Origin: an uncultured Gallionella sp.
GTDB taxonomy: Bacteria > Pseudomonadota > Gammaproteobacteria > Burkholderiales > Gallionellaceae
Direction: 5' to 3'
NCBI GenBank assembly: GCA_964499395.1
Contig: CAZCKZ010000001.1
Span: forward strand, 7,345 to 40,096
DNA length: 32,752 bases
The number at the start of each line of letters is the position of its first letter. Positions within the stretch are counted from its first letter, which is position 1. The position numbers and the translations under genes are program-made. Below the pieces are notes generated by a model. The model was not told the DNA's origin. It was given only the letters and a program-made list of their open reading frames with translations, and did not search any database. This document shows, piece after piece, positions 27,167 to 32,752 of the stretch.

Positions 27167-28333
27167 ATGCAAAAGCGCGCAGCACTGATACTCACCGGCG
27201 GGGGTGCGCGTGCCGCATATCAGGTGGGTGTACTCAAGGCGATCGCGGAATTCTTGCCGCGCCGCGCGCGCTGCCCGTTTGAGATCATCTGCGGTACATC
27301 TGCAGGCGCGCTTAACGCAGCCACCCTTGCGGTGAATGCGGGCAATTTCAGGAAGGGCGTGCAATACCTGACCAACACCTGGAAAAATTTCCACGCCAAT
27401 CATATCTATCGCACCGACGTGGTCGGGGTGTTCAACAACTCCATGCTGTGGCTGGCCGGCGTGATATTGAACATGGTCGGGGTCAACAGGCTCACCAAGG
27501 TTTCGCTGCTGGACAATACGCCGCTGGTCGAGTTGCTGGAAGAAATACTGCCCTGTGAGCAAATCCAGGAGAGCATAGACCGGGGTTTTCTTCATGCTCT
27601 GGGTATAACTGCTTCCGGCTATGGTTCCGGGCAGTCGGTGACTTTTTTTCAGGGGGCGAAACAGCTTGTTCCGTGGCAGCGCAAGGGCCGGATCGGTATA
27701 TCGACCCGGATCGAAATCAAGCACTTGTTGGCTTCCTCCGCGCTTCCGTTTATTTTTCCGGCAACATTGATCAATCGCGAATACTTTGGCGACGGTTCGA
27801 TGCGCCAGATCGCGCCTATCAGTCCCGCGCTGCACCTGGGTGCGACACGCGTACTGATCATCGGCGTTTCCGTTAACGGTAATCCGGAACATCCCGATCG
27901 CGCCGGTATTGGCGAGTACCCTTCGCTTGCGAGCATTGCCGGACATGCGCTGAGCAGTATTTTTCTCGATCGCATGGAAGTCGATCTGGAGCGTCTTAAA
28001 AGGATCAATGACCTGGTTGCGCTCATGCCGGAGGAAGTGCGTGAACGTGCCGGTCTCAGGCATGTTGATGCGCTGGTGATGTCACCCAGCCAGCCCATTG
28101 AAAAAATTGCCGAACGATACGTGACAGAGTTGCCCTGGACGATACGCCTGTTGCTGCGCCTGATCGGTGCAAGGCATCAAAGCGGCGGGGCGCTGGTTAG
28201 TTACCTGCTGTCCGAAAAAAAGTTCTGTCGGGCATTGATCGATCTGGGTTACCAGGATGCAATAAAACGGCGCGATGAAATCATGGCCTTTCTTGAGCTG
28301 GAACCGCGTCAGGACGAAGAGATGCCGCAATGA
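27167..28333 (+). CDS. Patatin-like phospholipase
   Basis: GGGARAAYQ, GTSAG (GxSxG) and DGS motifs. Confidence 0.92.
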   Translation: MQKRAALILTGGGARAAYQVGVLKAIAEFLPRRARCPFEIICGTSAGALNAATLAVNAGNFRKGVQYLTNTWKNFHANHIYRTDVVGVFNNSMLWLAGVILNMVGVNRLTKVSLLDNTPLVELLEEILPCEQIQESIDRGFLHALGITASGYGSGQSVTFFQGAKQLVPWQRKGRIGISTRIEIKHLLASSALPFIFPATLINREYFGDGSMRQIAPISPALHLGATRVLIIGVSVNGNPEHPDRAGIGEYPSLASIAGHALSSIFLDRMEVDLERLKRINDLVALMPEEVRERAGLRHVDALVMSPSQPIEKIAERYVTELPWTIRLLLRLIGARHQSGGALVSYLLSEKKFCRALIDLGYQDAIKRRDEIMAFLELEPRQDEEMPQ

Positions 28334-29328
28334 TGGCGGGAATGGCCAAAGCACGCACCTGGCAACTGCTGAACCTGCTGGCGGACGGCGAATTTCATTC
28401 CGGCGAGGTGCTGGCAAGCCGGCTGGGTGTGTCGCGAGCCAGCGTATTCAATGCGCTGGCCGGAGTCGCCGGCCAGGGCGTGCTGTTGCAGCGGATACGC
28501 GGCCGCGGTTATCGGCTGGCGCGCCCCTGGCAACGGCTGGAGCTGAGCGAAGTGGCGCGATGGCTGGGCAGGGATGCCGGACAGTTCGATATCGAGATAT
28601 TGCCGGAGGCCGCTTCCAGCAATACCTTGCTGCTGCAGCGCGCAGCAGCGGATGTTGCAAACGGGGGCGCGGCCAGCGGCAGTGTGGTGGCGGTCGAGTT
28701 GCAGACTGCCGGTCGCGGGCGGATGGGGCGGACATGGCATTCCGGTCTCGGCACGGCGCTGACGTTTTCCCTGCTATGGCGCTTTGATTGCGGGTTGAAC
28801 GCGTTGTCCGGCTTGAGTTTGGCAGTTGGCGTGGCCCAGATGCGGGTTCTGAAAAGTCTGGATGCGCAGGGTGTGCAGCTGAAATGGCCGAACGACATCA
28901 TCACCGGGCAGGGCAAGTTGGCGGGCGTTCTCATCGAGGCGCAAGGCGATATGCTCGGCCCCAGCGCCGTGGTGATCGGCGTCGGACTGAATTACACTTT
29001 GCCGGTCAGTCTGGTGCCGCAGATCGGTCAGCCCGCATGCGCGCTGGATGAATTATGCACGGCAATGCCAACACGCAATCAGCTGCTGGCGTTATTGTTG
29101 CTGGAACTGGCGCGCGTGTTGAGCCGGTTCGCGCAGGGGGGATTTGCCCCGTTCCGCGAGGAGTGGGAGCAATATCACGCACATCAGAACAGGCCAATCA
29201 GTTTGAAGATGGCGGACGGGAAGACCGTTACCGGCATTGCGCGCGGAGTCAGCGATAGCGGTGAGTTATCCCTGGAAACAGCGCTGGGGATGCGAAGTTT
29301 TAACTCCGGGGAAATAGGGGCGCGCTAG
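28330..29328 (+). CDS. birA: Bifunctional biotin ligase / repressor
   Basis: N-terminal HTH (SGEVLASRLGVSR), QTAGRGRMGRTW, KWPND and KLAGVLIE motifs. Confidence 0.96.
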   Translation: MMAGMAKARTWQLLNLLADGEFHSGEVLASRLGVSRASVFNALAGVAGQGVLLQRIRGRGYRLARPWQRLELSEVARWLGRDAGQFDIEILPEAASSNTLLLQRAAADVANGGAASGSVVAVELQTAGRGRMGRTWHSGLGTALTFSLLWRFDCGLNALSGLSLAVGVAQMRVLKSLDAQGVQLKWPNDIITGQGKLAGVLIEAQGDMLGPSAVVIGVGLNYTLPVSLVPQIGQPACALDELCTAMPTRNQLLALLLLELARVLSRFAQGGFAPFREEWEQYHAHQNRPISLKMADGKTVTGIARGVSDSGELSLETALGMRSFNSGEIGAR

Positions 29329-29437
29329 CAATGGGTATGGAAATTACAAACCGCAGGGGCGGCATGGTGCGCAAAATTCAAGTGGAATGTTCCGGGTGTT
29401 TCACGTCTCGGCTGTTGCCGAAGCGATGGTGATTTGA

Positions 29438-30208
29438 ATGAAACTACTGGTCGACGCGGGAAATACGCGTATCAAATGGGCATTGGTAAGCGGCGGGGAT
29501 TGGCTGTGCAACGGGGTTCTGCCTGCCGCGCAGGCGGACAGATTGGCGCATGACATAGCCGACCAGGTCGCCCGTCAAAATCCCGGCGCGGGCTTGCATG
29601 ACATACGGCAAATCTGGGCGAGCAATGTAGCCGGCGAAGCATGCGCGCGGCATATTCGCAACATCGGTGCCGGAATGATCGTTCAGCCCCATTTCATCGT
29701 TGCGGGAGAAATGCAATGCGGCGTGCGCAATGGCTATTCCGAACCGTCACAACTGGGCAGTGACCGGTGGGCTGCATTGATCGCGGCATGGCATCTGCTG
29801 CAGCGGGAATGCCTGATGGTGGACACCGGCACAGCGACCACGATAGACACCTTGTCCGCTCAGGGCGAATTCGTCGGCGGTCTGATCTTGCCCGGAATCG
29901 GGTTGATGCAATGCAGTCTGGTAACTGCGGCGAACCAGTTGAATCCGGAACCGGGCAAATACGCGCCGTTTCCGCAGAACAGCGCCGATGCGTTATACAG
30001 CGGCGCGATCCAGGCCACTTGCGGCGCGATAGAGCGGCAATATAATCTGCTTGACGATGACTGCGCGCCGCTGCTGTTGAGTGGCGGCACGGCGCGGGTA
30101 TTGCTGCCATACCTTGACCGGCAGCGCTTTGGCGCACCGCCGCGCGTCGTGGACAATCTGGTGCTGCAGGGGTTGCTGTTGATGGCTCAGGAAGCGGAAT
30201 GTTGTTGA
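29438..30208 (+). CDS. coaX: Type III pantothenate kinase
   Basis: LLVDAGNTRIKW, LGSDRW, DTGTATTID and GGLILPG motifs. Confidence 0.95.
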   Translation: MKLLVDAGNTRIKWALVSGGDWLCNGVLPAAQADRLAHDIADQVARQNPGAGLHDIRQIWASNVAGEACARHIRNIGAGMIVQPHFIVAGEMQCGVRNGYSEPSQLGSDRWAALIAAWHLLQRECLMVDTGTATTIDTLSAQGEFVGGLILPGIGLMQCSLVTAANQLNPEPGKYAPFPQNSADALYSGAIQATCGAIERQYNLLDDDCAPLLLSGGTARVLLPYLDRQRFGAPPRVVDNLVLQGLLLMAQEAECC

Positions 30209-30230
30209 TGGTTCAGGAATAGAATGGGCG

Positions 30231-31022
30231 ATGAAAAATTTATTCTGGATATTATTGCTGGTGAATGTGATTTTATATGCCGTGATGCAGGGCAACGGGT
30301 TTGGTCTGGGCGAACAGGAAGTACAGCCACAGCCCGAATTGCACGGCGACATGATCCGGCTGATTCCCGCACCGCAAAGCACGCCGGCGAAGCCGTTGCC
30401 ATCGCAGGGGACTTTGTCCGCGCCTGCCCCGGTTTCCGCGCCGGCTCAGGAATTGTCCGCAGCGGCCCCGGTTGCGGCTCCGGCAAAATCCGTATCCAAA
30501 GCGGATCACCGGGCGGATGCGGCTTCGCCGGCGACAGCCAAGCCGAGTACGGAGGTCTGTCTGGAGTGGGGCGATTTTTCGGGCCCGGATCTGGCGCGAG
30601 CCACGGCTGCGTTGTCCGCCATGCAGCTGACCGACAAATTAAGCCAGCGCCAGGTCCAACGCGACAGGGGTTATTGGGTGTATTTCCCGCCGCTCGGGAA
30701 CAAGGCCGCGGTCAACCGCAAGATCGCAGAAATCAAGGCATTGGGTATCAGTGAATATTTTGTGGTGCAGGGTCGGGGCCGTTGGCAGAATGCCATTTCA
30801 CTGGGCGTGTTCAAGACGAAGGAAGCGGCACAAAGCTTTCTGCATGGCCTGAATGGCAGAGGTGTGCGCACCGCACGGGTCGGCCAGCGCACCAGCAAGC
30901 TTAGGGCGACCATATTCATGCTGGACGGGGTGGATGCGGAGACGGTAACAAAATTGACCGTATTGCAGAAGGATTTTGCCGGCAGCGAGTTGAACACGGT
31001 TCCCTGTGCATTGACAAGATAG
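30231..31022 (+). CDS. SPOR-domain protein
   Basis: N-terminal TM anchor, Pro/Ala linker, CLEWGDF, YWVYFPP, NAISLGVF; usual position after birA-coaX. Confidence 0.85.
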   Translation: MKNLFWILLLVNVILYAVMQGNGFGLGEQEVQPQPELHGDMIRLIPAPQSTPAKPLPSQGTLSAPAPVSAPAQELSAAAPVAAPAKSVSKADHRADAASPATAKPSTEVCLEWGDFSGPDLARATAALSAMQLTDKLSQRQVQRDRGYWVYFPPLGNKAAVNRKIAEIKALGISEYFVVQGRGRWQNAISLGVFKTKEAAQSFLHGLNGRGVRTARVGQRTSKLRATIFMLDGVDAETVTKLTVLQKDFAGSELNTVPCALTR

Positions 31023-31046
31023 GGTGAAATCTGGACAATGCCGCGC
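31011..31046 (+). promoter_or_regulatory. Sigma70 promoter of the tRNA
   Basis: TTGACA-17 bp-GACAAT followed by a GC-rich discriminator GCCGCGC. Confidence 0.7.
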
Positions 31047-31053
31047 TCTTCGC

Positions 31054-31130
31054 GGTGATATAGCTCAGGTGGTTAGAGCGCAGCACTCATAACGCTGAGG
31101 TCGGTGGTTCAAATCCACCTATCACCACCA
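31054..31130 (+). tRNA. tRNA-Met(CAT), probably elongator
   Basis: Acceptor GGTGATA/TATCACC, discriminator A and encoded CCA, CTCATAA anticodon loop, GTTCAAATC T arm; paired G1-C72 argues against initiator. Confidence 0.93.
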
Positions 31131-31165
31131 ATGCAATCGGCACCAAAGCGTGTCCACAAGGTAGC

Positions 31166-32500
31166 GTGCCAGGAAAATTCCATATCAAAACCTTCGGCTG
31201 CCAGATGAACGAGTATGACTCGGACAAGATGGCGGATGTGTTGCGTGCCCATGAAGGCATGGAACCGACCGGCAGGCCGGAACAGGCCGATGTCATCCTG
31301 TTCAATACCTGCTCGATACGCGAGAAAGCCGAGGAGAAGGTGTTCTCCGATCTGGGGCGTATCCGCCCGCTCAAGCTGGCCAATCCCGATCTGCTGATCT
31401 GCGTGGGAGGGTGTGTGGCCAGCCAGGAAGGCGCTGCGATCCTGAAACGCGCCCCTTATGTTGATCTGGTATTCGGCCCGCAGACCCTGCATCGCCTGCC
31501 GCAGTTGCTGCAGGCGCGCCGTGAAAGCGGGCGCCCGCAGGTTGACATCAGTTTCCCGGAAATCGAAAAATTCGACCATTTGCCGCTGCCGCAAACCGGC
31601 TCCGGCACGGCCTATGTATCCATCATGGAGGGATGCAGCAAATACTGCACGTTCTGCGTCGTGCCCTATACGCGCGGCGAAGAAGTATCGCGGCCTCTGG
31701 CCGATGTGATCCATGATGTGCAGCAGCTCGCCGCGCAAGGCGTGAAGGAAATTACTTTGCTGGGCCAGAATGTGAATGCCTACTGCGGCACCGGCGAGGA
31801 CGGGGAAGCCGTTGATTTCGCCTTTCTGCTGAAAGCTATTGCCGCGCTGGAGGGTATAGCTCGCCTGCGTTTCACCACTTCGCATCCCAGGGACATGAGC
31901 CAGCGGCTGATCGACGTGTATGCGACTACACCCAAGCTGGTCAGTCATCTGCATCTTCCGGTGCAATCCGGATCGGACCGCATTCTGGCGGCGATGAAAC
32001 GCGGGCATACGGTGCTGGAATATAAATCCATCATCCGCAGGGTGCGTGCCGCGCGTCCCGATATTTGCATCACCTCCGATTTTATCGTGGGTTTTCCCGG
32101 CGAGACCGAACAGGATTTCGAGGCGACCATGAGGCTGATCGACGAAGTCGGTTTCGATAACAGTTTCAGCTACCTTTACAGCCCTCGCCCAGGTACCCCG
32201 GCTGCCGAACTGCGCGACGATACGCCGTTCGAGGTCAAGGCGCAGCGCCTGAAACGTTTGCAGGATCGCATCGCGGAACAGGAGGCAGGAGTGGCCAATG
32301 CGATGCTGGGCACGACACAGCGCGCCTTGGTCGAGGGCGTGTCGAAAAAGGATGGCCGGGAACTGGCGGCGCGCACCGACAATAACCGCGTGGTGAATTT
32401 CAGCGGCGCGGCAAGCCTGATCGGCAGTTTTGTCGAGTTGAAAATCACCCGGGTGGTGCGCCATACGCTACGCGGGGAAATTGCGCCGGATGCCGCATGA
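31166..32500 (+). CDS. miaB: tRNA-i6A37 methylthiotransferase
   Basis: [21 protein letters not shown], radical [12 protein letters not shown]-terminal TRAM domain. Confidence 0.97.
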   Translation: MPGKFHIKTFGCQMNEYDSDKMADVLRAHEGMEPTGRPEQADVILFNTCSIREKAEEKVFSDLGRIRPLKLANPDLLICVGGCVASQEGAAILKRAPYVDLVFGPQTLHRLPQLLQARRESGRPQVDISFPEIEKFDHLPLPQTGSGTAYVSIMEGCSKYCTFCVVPYTRGEEVSRPLADVIHDVQQLAAQGVKEITLLGQNVNAYCGTGEDGEAVDFAFLLKAIAALEGIARLRFTTSHPRDMSQRLIDVYATTPKLVSHLHLPVQSGSDRILAAMKRGHTVLEYKSIIRRVRAARPDICITSDFIVGFPGETEQDFEATMRLIDEVGFDNSFSYLYSPRPGTPAAELRDDTPFEVKAQRLKRLQDRIAEQEAGVANAMLGTTQRALVEGVSKKDGRELAARTDNNRVVNFSGAASLIGSFVELKITRVVRHTLRGEIAPDAA

Positions 32501-32752
32501 GACGGGCGGGTAAGACAAAATCACCCCCCAGACTCTCGCTGGCCGTGCAGTATGCATGCGCAGTGCAGCGCTTGCCGACACGTGCGCAATTCCGGCGCTG
32601 GATAAAAGTCGCGCTGCAACGCGATGCAACAATCACGTTGCGCATCGTCGACGAACCTGAAGGGCGTGAACTGAACAGGAAATATCGGGGCAAGGACTAC
32701 GCCACCAATGTGCTGACTTTTGTATACGACGATGCCGAACCAAGCTTCCAAT
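32497..32752 (+). CDS. ybeY: rRNA maturation endoribonuclease YbeY (5' part only)
   Basis: Not in the ORF track. ATGA overlap with miaB; reads [19 protein letters not shown]...[32 protein letters not shown]. Confidence 0.92.
   Translation, partial: MRRAGKTKSPPRLSLAVQYACAVQRLPTRAQFRRWIKVALQRDATITLRIVDEPEGRELNRKYRGKDYATNVLTFVYDDAEPSFQ

Noticed and set aside
29331-29432. 33-aa ORF with CxxC between birA and coaX
   Set aside because: Too short, single CxxC, no recognisable family; likely chance
31054-31165. tRNA as an integration site, or as tRNA-Ile2/fMet
   Set aside because: No integrase or duplicated 3' end, and miaB follows directly. G1-C72 excludes typical fMet; Ile2 looks less likely but needs an isotype model to exclude.
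1-32752. CRISPR array, prophage or defence island
   Set aside because: No regularly spaced direct repeats, and no cas, phage, integrase or transposase genes recognised

Overview
Mostly core chromosome of a betaproteobacterium; gene content and style suggest Gallionellaceae/Nitrosomonadales, which is an inference. In order: the 5' end of a secreted phytochelatin-synthase-like gene, purU, an AhpD/CMD protein, an orphan lipoprotein, ABC-F ybiT, a small Arg-rich ORF, a class I cytochrome c, gshA-apbE-small membrane protein-PTS (IIA, HPr, EI), a Fur-boxed cupredoxin-FTR1-outer membrane barrel operon divergent from fur, metX-metW-ampG, argA, a tautomerase, hrpA, a COG4705-type protein, a CPA1 antiporter, maeB, a hypothetical protein, patatin, birA, coaX, a SPOR protein, tRNA-Met, miaB and partial ybeY. 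The best signals are non-coding. (1) A SAM-II-like aptamer upstream of metX is coupled to an intrinsic terminator through a perfect 10-bp antiterminator helix, which points to transcriptional rather than the usual translational control. (2) A TA-flanked MITE carries a nested 60-bp hairpin element; a free 54-bp copy of that element lies in the metX leader, and an empty relative of the MITE lies before ampG. (3) A REP doublet. (4) A long hairpin before the antiporter. All calls are by eye; no searches were run.
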